Shown here in pieces: positions 18,658-26,790 of a DNA stretch of 64,000 nucleotides (its first letter is position 1; each line of letters opens with the position of its first letter). Position numbers and translations under genes: made by a program. The notes under the pieces were generated by a model. The model made no database searches, was not told the origin of the DNA, and was given only the letters and a program-made list of their open reading frames with translations. Source of the stretch: Chitinophagales bacterium (GTDB taxonomy: Bacteria > Bacteroidota > Bacteroidia > Chitinophagales > JADIYW01); NCBI GenBank assembly GCA_023957235.1, contig JAMLHI010000006.1, forward strand, positions 77,525 to 141,524. Reading direction: 5' to 3'.

Positions 18658-20859
18658 ATGATGAGTATCAAATATTTTATCAGCGAATTAACAAGAAAAT
18701 ATCTTATTGCTATATCTATATCCTTATGTATCTTTTGTTCAAATAATGATGCATTAGCTCAAGAAGTATCTGCTGAAGGAGAACATGATGCTAATCAAGT
18801 AGAAATAGATATTTCTATACATGCCAAAGCCTATGGGGACTCAATCGTGTTGAGATGGGCGCCTAATACTCCCATCGGATGGGTGATGGGAAGAGAAAAA
18901 GGATATAAGTTATTTCGTATGGAGCTTAATAAAGATGGTTCTATAGATACATTGACACTGACCTCAGTACCTATTCTACCGATGACTCCCAATCAGTTGA
19001 AAGCGAGTGGAGATAAAAATGATCAATACCTTGGACTTGCAGCTCAAGCGATGTATGGACAGAATTTCACAATGTCAAACCCCAATGAACAACTTAGTGA
19101 AATAGAAAAAATACGCAGTGCAAGCGATATGTTTCGCATGAGATATTATTTTGCACTTCAATCGGCGGATCTTTCTATCAATGCAGCAAATGCTTTGGGA
19201 TTGAGATATGTCGATAAAAAAGTAGAGAAAGGGAAAATGTATGATTATTATGTTTTCTGTGATACTTTAGATGCGGTCTATAATTTGACAATAGGACATA
19301 CCAATGTCATCAATTTCTATCAAGCTTATGCTCCCCAAAATATTAAAGCATATGCTTCGGATAAGCAAATTGAGCTACAATGGGATAGAAATCAGCTTGG
19401 AGAGTTTACTACTTATTATATTGAACGAAGTGATGATCACGGAAAAACTTTCAAAAGACTCAATGAAGTTCCTTTTCAGTCTATTTATCAATCCGATTCA
19501 AGTAAAGATGAAAATAGTCCAGAATATAAAATTAGCAATATTCTTAAAGAACATCATGTTTATTTCGACACTATCCCGAAAAACTATTTTGACTATCAAT
19601 ACAGAATCATAGGAATAGATGCATTTGCTGAATTAAGTGAATATTCTGACACTTTAACAGTACATGGAATTGATTTGACAGCACCTAAACCAGCCACAAT
19701 TGATAGTGTCAGCAATATCAGACTCAATCATATCTATATATCTTGGGTAGATCCCAATCAAGAAGCTGATTTGAAAGGATATTATGTCAATAGAGGTTCT
19801 GATGCTGCAGGTCCATTTTTTCCGTTACACCAAGAAATGTTAAGCAAAAAAACTAATAGCTTTATTGACTCTACTGCTGATGCTTTGCGTCCCAACTATT
19901 ATACTATCGTATCTGTTGATACTGCGCAAAATTATTCCTATTCTATACCCAGAAGAGGAATATTGACTGATAGCATACCACCATCAGCACCCGAAGTTAT
20001 CAAAGGGATTATGGATTCTGTCGGTTATATTGCACTGTTTTGGAAAAGTAGCCCTGAACCAGATGTAAAAGGATATAGTGTCTATATTTCTTACAATCAA
20101 GAAGGACCATATAGTATCGTTTCGAGAAATTTTGTCCAAGAAACTTATTTCTTGGATAGCATTAACACACGATCTAGAGATAGAAAAGTATATTATAAAA
20201 TAGTGGCAGTCGATCAAAATGGAAATCATTCTAAATTTTCCAATGCTATCGAAGTTCTTAAACCTATTATAATACCGCCTACTGCTCCTGTGAACAAATC
20301 TATTGACACAAAAGAAGGAGCCATATACAGCGAATGGATAGGCAGTGAAAGTGAAGGAGTGTGGGGCTATGAAATTTATCGCAAATTGAAAGACAGTAAT
20401 CAATGGGATACTTTAGCATGGGTACAGAGAGACCCTTTGAATATCAATTTTTATGTCAATGATGCTTCTGTTGTACCCAATGTAAAATATGCCTATGCAG
20501 CTTGTACTGTGGATAGTAGCGGTTTGCGTTCAAAGATATCCTTTCCTGTATGGGCAATGAATTATGATGTTCATCTTTTACCTGCAATTAGTGCTTTGAA
20601 TGCAGTTTCTGTGAAAAAGGATAATGTGATTCAGCTTTCATGGGAATATACACCAAAAAATAAAAATTATTACTTTGTTATTTATAAAGCAGAAAATGAT
20701 GAGCCGTTGACTGAATGGAACTCTGTCGATAAAACTCAATTAAATACCATAGATAAAGATATTAAGAAAGGAAATACTTACAGATACGCTATCGAAGTTA
20801 AGCAAAGTAATGGTGATTTAAAATCGAATAGAAGTGATGAAATAAAAATTAAATTTTAA
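18658..20859 (+). CDS. Exported protein built from about six FN3-like modules
   Basis: N-terminal hydrophobic anchor/signal. Recurrent module pattern W-x(6-10)-(KGY/WGY/TYY)-x-(V/I)-(Y/N/E)-R ... Y-x-Y-x-(I/V)-x-(A/S)-(V/I)-D-x-x-G/Q-N-x-S, for example ISWVDPNQEADLKGYYVNR...YYTIVSVDTAQNYS and LFWKSSPEPDVKGYSVYIS...YYKIVAVDQNGNHS. Confidence 0.7.
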   Translation: MMSIKYFISELTRKYLIAISISLCIFCSNNDALAQEVSAEGEHDANQVEIDISIHAKAYGDSIVLRWAPNTPIGWVMGREKGYKLFRMELNKDGSIDTLTLTSVPILPMTPNQLKASGDKNDQYLGLAAQAMYGQNFTMSNPNEQLSEIEKIRSASDMFRMRYYFALQSADLSINAANALGLRYVDKKVEKGKMYDYYVFCDTLDAVYNLTIGHTNVINFYQAYAPQNIKAYASDKQIELQWDRNQLGEFTTYYIERSDDHGKTFKRLNEVPFQSIYQSDSSKDENSPEYKISNILKEHHVYFDTIPKNYFDYQYRIIGIDAFAELSEYSDTLTVHGIDLTAPKPATIDSVSNIRLNHIYISWVDPNQEADLKGYYVNRGSDAAGPFFPLHQEMLSKKTNSFIDSTADALRPNYYTIVSVDTAQNYSYSIPRRGILTDSIPPSAPEVIKGIMDSVGYIALFWKSSPEPDVKGYSVYISYNQEGPYSIVSRNFVQETYFLDSINTRSRDRKVYYKIVAVDQNGNHSKFSNAIEVLKPIIIPPTAPVNKSIDTKEGAIYSEWIGSESEGVWGYEIYRKLKDSNQWDTLAWVQRDPLNINFYVNDASVVPNVKYAYAACTVDSSGLRSKISFPVWAMNYDVHLLPAISALNAVSVKKDNVIQLSWEYTPKNKNYYFVIYKAENDEPLTEWNSVDKTQLNTIDKDIKKGNTYRYAIEVKQSNGDLKSNRSDEIKIKF

Positions 20860-20998
20860 TCTTATGCGATAGGGGCAGATTTTTTTGCTTTAGTATATAA
20901 AAGACAAATGAATAATCTGTTTTAAATAGTGCTTAAATCGTATAAATTAATTTGGTTTTTCTAGTATAATATAGATCCAATGACTTAAAAGTATAACT

Positions 20999-21631
20999 AT
21001 GAAAATAATAAAGGTATTACTATTTGAGGATAATGAAGAGTTGCGCCTCAGCCTTTCTGCATTATTGGGATTTTCTGAAGAATTTAAGCTTTTAGCATCT
21101 TTCAGCAATTGTGAAGATATTGAGTCTCATCTAATTGTATTCGAACCAGATATAGTCCTGATGGATATAGATATGCCAGTCGTCAATGGTATTGAAGGAT
21201 TAAAAAGAGTAAGAAAGGTGAATAATGATATTCCTGTGGTGATGTTGACTGTATTTGAGGATAACAAGCATATCATAAAAGCAATACAAAATGGTGCGAC
21301 AGGATATATTTTGAAACAAGATCTTTCGTCAAGACTTTCAAGTGCTATACATGAAGCATTAGATGGAGGTGCTCCAATGTCTCCTTTGGTAGCTTCTCTA
21401 GTATTGAAACATATTTCTAATAATATAAGTAAAATGGATTATCAGTTAACGAATAGAGAAAAGGAAATCTTGCAATCTTTGACAGATGGTAATAGTTATA
21501 AGATGGTTGCTAATTTATTAGGAATTGCCGAAGGTACAGTTTCGACTCATATCAAGAGGATATATGAAAAACTTGGTGTGCATTCTCAAGCAGAAGCAGT
21601 AAGCAAAGCTTTGAAAGAAAATATTTTATAG
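20999..21631 (+). CDS. NarL/FixJ-type response regulator (receiver plus LuxR HTH)
   Basis: Receiver with acidic pocket (LLFEDNEE, LMDIDMP). C-terminal LuxR-type HTH (LTNREKEILQSL...GTVSTHIKRIYEKLGV). Confidence 0.9.
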   Translation: MKIIKVLLFEDNEELRLSLSALLGFSEEFKLLASFSNCEDIESHLIVFEPDIVLMDIDMPVVNGIEGLKRVRKVNNDIPVVMLTVFEDNKHIIKAIQNGATGYILKQDLSSRLSSAIHEALDGGAPMSPLVASLVLKHISNNISKMDYQLTNREKEILQSLTDGNSYKMVANLLGIAEGTVSTHIKRIYEKLGVHSQAEAVSKALKENIL

Positions 21632-21685
21632 AAAAGTGTCGTGGCATTTTTTTAGATTTTCAAGAGAATTGTTATTTTTACTTAA

Positions 21686-23554
21686 ATGAGATATTATCGA
21701 ATATTCATACATTTATTTTTTATTATATTCTTTTTTTCAAATTCCAATGCGAATGAAAAGGATTCTATTGCCATAAAAGAAATCGTTCTGCTTGCAATGG
21801 ATACAGCAGATATAAATTTTGATATTGCATTACGCTTATTTAATCAAGCTGAAAAGATGGCTATTGAGAGAAAGTTAGTTTCTTCTCAAGGAGATTTATT
21901 GTTAGATAAAGGCTTGGTATATTTCAATCATTCAAGATATGAAGAGGCTATTGATATATTTAAGAAAGCGGCTGGTTTATTTAATACAATAGACAATGTT
22001 AAAGAGATTAGGTGTTATTATAATATGGGATATTGCTACACTTATCTTAATGATTATAAATCTGCATTGAGTATTATGTTTGCTGGCTTAAAGTTGGCAG
22101 AAAAGTATAAAGAGAAAAAATCCATCGCTTCTCTTTACACTAATATAGGTATTGCTTATTTAAATATTAATGATTTTAATAATTCACTTAAATATTCAAA
22201 CAAATCGTTGAATATTAATATCGAACTGAAAGATAGTGCTAGTATGGCTTATCTATATAACAATATTGGTCTTATCTATTCTGACTTGCAAAAATATAAA
22301 TTGTCGATTGATAATTTTAAAAAGGCAGTTTCTTTACATTCTAAATCAGGAGCTACTTTCCTTCAAGCGTCTAGTCTTTCAAACTTGTCAATCGCTTATG
22401 ATGGCTCTCAAGAATTAGATTCAGCAGTTTTTTATGGAAAATTGGCACTTCAAGTTTATGGTCAACCCAATTATAGTGATTATTCCTATTGTATCATGGT
22501 ATCCTCATTTGGGGCAACTTTAGTTAAAGCTGGCTATTTATCAGAGGCAAGAGAGTATATAGAATCATGTAATAAATGTATAAAAATTTCTGACTATGAT
22601 TATTATGCACTCAATCATTATACCTTTCTGAGCTCTTACTATTCAAAAATTGGGAAATATAAGGAAGCTTATGATAATCTCAATCATTTACTTGCTGTCA
22701 AGGATAGTATCCACAAAGAATCTGTTAGCATTGAAAACCAAAAGAAGAGTATTCAATACGAGTTTGAACAAAAATCCAAAGTTGATTCGCTCAATTATAA
22801 ATTGGAATTGGCTAAAAGGGAAAGTATAACAAAATCATATAAAGTTAGGATGTATGTTTTTTTGAGTATAGCAATTTTATTAATTGCCTTTACCTTAGTA
22901 ATTGTAAATAGAACAAAAAATATACAACGAATCAAACGTATTGTCCAATTAGAGAAAATGCGAAATGATATAGCTAGTGATTTGCACGACGATATAGGTT
23001 CTACACTTTCGAGTATTAAAATATTTAGTGATTTGGCTATCAAGCAGAGCGAGCAAGGTAAAGATATAAAAGCCACTTTGCTTCATGTTTCCAGTCTTAC
23101 TAATAAAATTGCTAATAATATTAGAGAGATTGTTTGGTCAATCAATCCTAGTAATGATACTTTGGAAGTTTTAGTTGATCATTTAAGGAAAATAGCAACC
23201 GAAATCATTGGCATTAGTGAGATACAATTGATTTTTGACATTAAGCTTGAAAAGAAAGAGATAAAAATACTTCCTAATAAGAGAAGAAATATTATTATGA
23301 TTTTTAAAGAAGCAATTAATAATGCCAGAAAATATAGTGATACTGATATAATTAACATTCAATTGAGTCAGAAAGGTTCTCTACTTCATCTTGTTGTCAA
23401 AGATTTTGGTAAAGGCTTTGATTTAGAACAGATTGAGAGAGGTAACGGTCTTTCTAATATGGAAAAAAGAGCGATAGAAATAGGAGGAAAGGTCACAATT
23501 CTTTCCGTTATTGAAAAAGGAACTGAAATTACTCTGAAAGTATCTGTATCTTAA
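21686..23554 (+). CDS. Sensor histidine kinase with N-terminal TPR array (HisKA_3 / HATPase_c)
   Basis: N-terminal signal/anchor and about 350 aa of TPR-like repeats. One TM helix (VRMYVFLSIAILLIAFTLVIV). H-box DLHDDIGSTLSSI, N-box EAINNARKYS, G-boxes DFGKGF and GNGLSNM. Confidence 0.85.
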   Translation: MRYYRIFIHLFFIIFFFSNSNANEKDSIAIKEIVLLAMDTADINFDIALRLFNQAEKMAIERKLVSSQGDLLLDKGLVYFNHSRYEEAIDIFKKAAGLFNTIDNVKEIRCYYNMGYCYTYLNDYKSALSIMFAGLKLAEKYKEKKSIASLYTNIGIAYLNINDFNNSLKYSNKSLNINIELKDSASMAYLYNNIGLIYSDLQKYKLSIDNFKKAVSLHSKSGATFLQASSLSNLSIAYDGSQELDSAVFYGKLALQVYGQPNYSDYSYCIMVSSFGATLVKAGYLSEAREYIESCNKCIKISDYDYYALNHYTFLSSYYSKIGKYKEAYDNLNHLLAVKDSIHKESVSIENQKKSIQYEFEQKSKVDSLNYKLELAKRESITKSYKVRMYVFLSIAILLIAFTLVIVNRTKNIQRIKRIVQLEKMRNDIASDLHDDIGSTLSSIKIFSDLAIKQSEQGKDIKATLLHVSSLTNKIANNIREIVWSINPSNDTLEVLVDHLRKIATEIIGISEIQLIFDIKLEKKEIKILPNKRRNIIMIFKEAINNARKYSDTDIINIQLSQKGSLLHLVVKDFGKGFDLEQIERGNGLSNMEKRAIEIGGKVTILSVIEKGTEITLKVSVS

Positions 23555-23580
23555 TTTACTTTATTTTGATAAGTATATGC

Positions 23581-23617
23581 AAAAAAAATCCCGAAGTTCT
23601 TTCGGGATTTTTTTATT
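23581..23617. terminator. Bidirectional terminator between convergent kinase gene and rpmE
   Basis: A-run, stem cccgaa / ttcggg (23590-23595 / 23601-23606) with a 5-nt loop, then a T-run. Confidence 0.7.
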
Positions 23618-23629
23618 AAAAATAGAAGA

Positions 23630-23878
23630 CTATTTTCTGTTGTATTTTTTATTGAATTTGTCGATACGTCCAGCAGTATCCAATAATTTCACTTTGCCAG
23701 TAAAGAATGGATGTGATTCGCTAGAAACGTCCAATTTTACCAAAGGGTATTCATTGCCATCTTTAAAAACAATTGTATCTGTTGTATTGGCACATGATTT
23801 ACCTAAGAATGTATAGTCACAAGAATAATCTTTAAAAACTACTGTTCTATAATTTTCAGGGTGGATTCCTTTTTTCAT
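23630..23878 (-). CDS. rpmE: 50S ribosomal protein L31, type B
   Basis: [10 protein letters not shown] start, [11 protein letters not shown] motif, 82 aa with the type-B C-terminal extension (RIDKFNKKY). Confidence 0.9.
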   Translation of the reverse strand: MKKGIHPENYRTVVFKDYSCDYTFLGKSCANTTDTIVFKDGNEYPLVKLDVSSESHPFFTGKVKLLDTAGRIDKFNKKYNRK

Positions 23879-24023
23879 TTCAGTATAATTTCAGAGTGCA
23901 AAGATAATTCTAAATTTTAAAATAAAAAATAATGAATGAGAAAAGCCATGTTTTTTTCTTGAATTTATCCACAATTGAGAATTTCTATTTATTAACGCTG
24001 ATATTTTTACTAATAAAAGGCTT

Positions 24024-24521
24024 TTAACCTCTGACCAATGAAATAGCATAATAAACAATGCACAATCCAAAAATAAAATTGATTCTTCCTACCCAGCTAG
24101 TGATTTTCCTGTAGCGATTAGTTATTTCATGCTCAGGTTTTTGTCTGATAAGTTCAGCCGTTTTAGGACCCAACCAGAAATCGTGTATGCCACTAATGAT
24201 CAGCATAAAGGCAAAATATATCAGTTTATGCAATAGATTAAATCCAAAATGAGTATGCCAAAATTCGGAGCTTAATAATTTTTCCCAATGATACCCTCTG
24301 AATGCCAATTGGTAATAACCAGTAATGAGCAAAATGATAAATATTAACCAGCTGATTTGGCTAAAATATTGACCCATGATACTAAAAAAATCGCCTCTAT
24401 TAGGACTGAGTTGTGGTTGTCTGAGACTAGGGACAATTACAAACATAGTGAATAACATTCCTCCCATCCAAAACATTGCTGAAAGGATGTGGATAAAAAC
24501 ACTTATTTTGTATAAAATCAT
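24024..24521 (-). CDS. Integral membrane protein (4-5 TM, possibly CopD-like)
   Basis: Hydrophobic helices throughout. The N-terminal HILSAMFWMGGMLF resembles CopD-family helices. Function uncertain. Confidence 0.5.
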   Translation of the reverse strand: MILYKISVFIHILSAMFWMGGMLFTMFVIVPSLRQPQLSPNRGDFFSIMGQYFSQISWLIFIILLITGYYQLAFRGYHWEKLLSSEFWHTHFGFNLLHKLIYFAFMLIISGIHDFWLGPKTAELIRQKPEHEITNRYRKITSWVGRINFIFGLCIVYYAISLVRG

Positions 24522-24649
24522 AATGTGTTAAGATATGGACAAAGTTTTTATTTTATTTGGTTTTAATATCATGTCTCTCAACAAAAATTACTATTGTAAA
24601 TATTTTTTGACATTATTCTGATATTTCTATTAGGGTGAAAGGTGAAAAA

Positions 24650-25366
24650 TTAAATTAAATCATTCAACTGATGAATGCCGATATATCGATTGGAAATAAA
24701 TCCTTCAGCATAATCCACCCCAATAGGTCGCCCCATTTCTTTCATTCGCCCTAAGATAAAATCAAAAAAATCTTCTCTGGAGATTGGAGTATTGGGTTCG
24801 TTAGATTCAGGGTCGAAAAATTGTGTCTTAAATGCCTTGATAGCTTTGATTTTCTGCTTTTCAAATCCACTGACATCTACGACAAAATCAGGCTTTAAAA
24901 AATAATCTTGAATATAATGATATACTGCTTTTGGACGACTAGCCATTTGTTCGCTATCTTCATAGTAAGTTTTGATTTTGGGAAGTCCTGAAAGAAAGCA
25001 GGCTTCAGCAACAAGTTTGCCTGCTCTGCCATGATCGGGATGTCTATCACTCGGAGAATTACAAAGGACGATTTGAGGCTGGTATTTTCTAATCATTTTA
25101 ATAATCTCCATTAAATGAGGTTCGTCATGAACAAAGAAGCCATCTCTAAATTTTAAATTTTCTCTATAATGAATCCCCATTATCTTAGAAGATGCATTCG
25201 ATTCAGTAGCGCGAGTTTCTGAAGTCCCTCTTGTTCCCAATTCTCCTCTAGTCAAATCGACTATTGCCACTTTATGTCCTAATGAAATTTGTTTGCAAAT
25301 AGTTCCTGCACAAGAGATTTCAATATCATCAGGATGTGCTGCAAATGCTAATATATTGACTTTCAT
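24650..25366 (-). CDS. bshB1: Bacillithiol biosynthesis deacetylase BshB1 (PIG-L/LmbE family)
   Basis: AAHPDDIE zinc-site motif, DLTRGELGTRG, PSDRHPDHG, 238 aa. Confidence 0.8.
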   Translation of the reverse strand: MKVNILAFAAHPDDIEISCAGTICKQISLGHKVAIVDLTRGELGTRGTSETRATESNASSKIMGIHYRENLKFRDGFFVHDEPHLMEIIKMIRKYQPQIVLCNSPSDRHPDHGRAGKLVAEACFLSGLPKIKTYYEDSEQMASRPKAVYHYIQDYFLKPDFVVDVSGFEKQKIKAIKAFKTQFFDPESNEPNTPISREDFFDFILGRMKEMGRPIGVDYAEGFISNRYIGIHQLNDLI

Positions 25367-25860
25367 TGTAATAATAATTTTTTGATTGCACTATCAATTT
25401 TACTAGAAAGGGGAGAAGTGACAGTAAGAAAATAATCTACTACTTTCCCATTTTTGTCTATCAGATATTTTTGAAAATTCCAAAGAGGTGCCATATTCAC
25501 TTTCCCATTCAATTTTTTATTAGTGATATATTGAAACACATCATGTTGAAGCGGACTTTTTTTGACATGGATTTTTTCAGTAATAGGAAAGCTGACTCCA
25601 TAATTAATCTGACAAAATTCTTCCGCTTTTTCACTTGAGTGTGGTTCCTGTCCTGCAAATTCATTAGATGGGAAACCGATAACCACCAGTCCCTGGTCTT
25701 TATACTTTTGGTAGAGTTTTTCTAGCTCAGCAAATTGTGGAGTGAATCCACATTTGCTAGCAGTGTTTACAAGAAGCAGTACTTTGCCCTGGTAGTCAGA
25801 AAAATTAATTTCCTCGCCTTTTGCGCTTTTTATCTTGTACTGGTGGAGTGAATTGTTCAT
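25363..25860 (-). CDS. Glutathione peroxidase family thiol peroxidase
   Basis: NTASKCGFTPQ active-site Cys context, FPSNEFAGQEP, WNFQKYL. Its stop overlaps the bshB1 start (ATGA). Confidence 0.9.
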   Translation of the reverse strand: MNNSLHQYKIKSAKGEEINFSDYQGKVLLLVNTASKCGFTPQFAELEKLYQKYKDQGLVVIGFPSNEFAGQEPHSSEKAEEFCQINYGVSFPITEKIHVKKSPLQHDVFQYITNKKLNGKVNMAPLWNFQKYLIDKNGKVVDYFLTVTSPLSSKIDSAIKKLLLQ

Positions 25861-26461
25861 GCTGGATTTCTTCTTTTATTCCGTCTCTTTGGTAAACTTG
25901 GTCTAAATATCTGACATATTTTTCTATTTCCTGATCTTTGCCTTTGGGTTCATAGCGTAGCCTTAAATCTTGGCTATAAAATTTGCCTAAAAGATTCCAC
26001 CATCCAGCAGAAAATCCGTTCTTATAGTTCTTTATTAATTCAAAAACTGTCCGATTTGTTTCACGATAAATTAATTTAGTCAGCATTTGTCCTTGAATAC
26101 GTGTTAAATCTTTGACATCATCAGTAAATTGCTCTTTGAGCATTTTTTCCATCTCGGAAATATATTTCTTTCGTTTTCGGTTTTTATCAATGGCGTTGAT
26201 TTGCTTATCCAATTGCTCTACAAGGTGAGAAACTCTCAAAGCATAAGGATATACTTTTCTTAAATATGCCTTGTCGCGAGAGGATAATCCCAAATTTTTA
26301 GGGTAGGGAATACTGAATACATCTACTGGTTCCAATGTATATCCCATGAAAACAGTATCTGATAATTCTATATTGGGAATAGATATATTTTGATAGGTGC
26401 TATCTTGAGCATAAGCATTATTCAGTACAAAAAAAGCTAGAATGAATAAGTGTGTTTTCAT
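25805..26461 (-). CDS. Secreted hypothetical protein (signal peptide, basic C-terminal tail)
   Basis: Signal peptide MKTHLFILAFFVLNNAYAQ. The ORF overlaps the downstream peroxidase gene by 56 nt, out of frame. Confidence 0.6.
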   Translation of the reverse strand: MKTHLFILAFFVLNNAYAQDSTYQNISIPNIELSDTVFMGYTLEPVDVFSIPYPKNLGLSSRDKAYLRKVYPYALRVSHLVEQLDKQINAIDKNRKRKKYISEMEKMLKEQFTDDVKDLTRIQGQMLTKLIYRETNRTVFELIKNYKNGFSAGWWNLLGKFYSQDLRLRYEPKGKDQEIEKYVRYLDQVYQRDGIKEEIQHEQFTPPVQDKKRKRRGN

Positions 26462-26734
26462 TAAAATCTATTCGATAAATGTCAACCTAAAATATTAAAA
26501 AAGATATGAAAGTAGCGTTTTAAATGGTTAATAATGTTGAATTATTTTTCATTTCAAATAAGTTCATGGAATAATTGTGCCTCCTTTTTATTCATTTACA
26601 ATTGATTTTAATCCTGAAATGTGTATGCCATTCATACATTTTAGTGCTTTTTGGTGTAAATCAATTTTTGAACAAGGTGCTATAAACTTATAGTCTCTTC
26701 ATTTTCAAAGCAACAAATTTTTAAAAATTATTGA

Positions 26735-26770
26735 ATAAAAAAGGGCAACAATTTTATATGTTGCCCAAAG
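26735..26770 (-). terminator. Rho-independent terminator of the 1,364-aa T9SS cargo gene
   Basis: Stem gggcaac / gttgccc (26743-26749 / 26760-26766). On the minus strand it is followed by ttttttatt. Confidence 0.65.
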
Positions 26771-26790
26771 TGTGTTTGTGATAATATAAG

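Noticed and set aside
20860-20998. Third copy of the shared promoter cassette upstream of the response-regulator gene (contains TATAAATTAA)
   Set aside because: Only the AT-rich 10-mer is shared. The dyad and the TTG-N20-TAACTTTA arrangement are absent, so the match is probably chance in AT-rich DNA.
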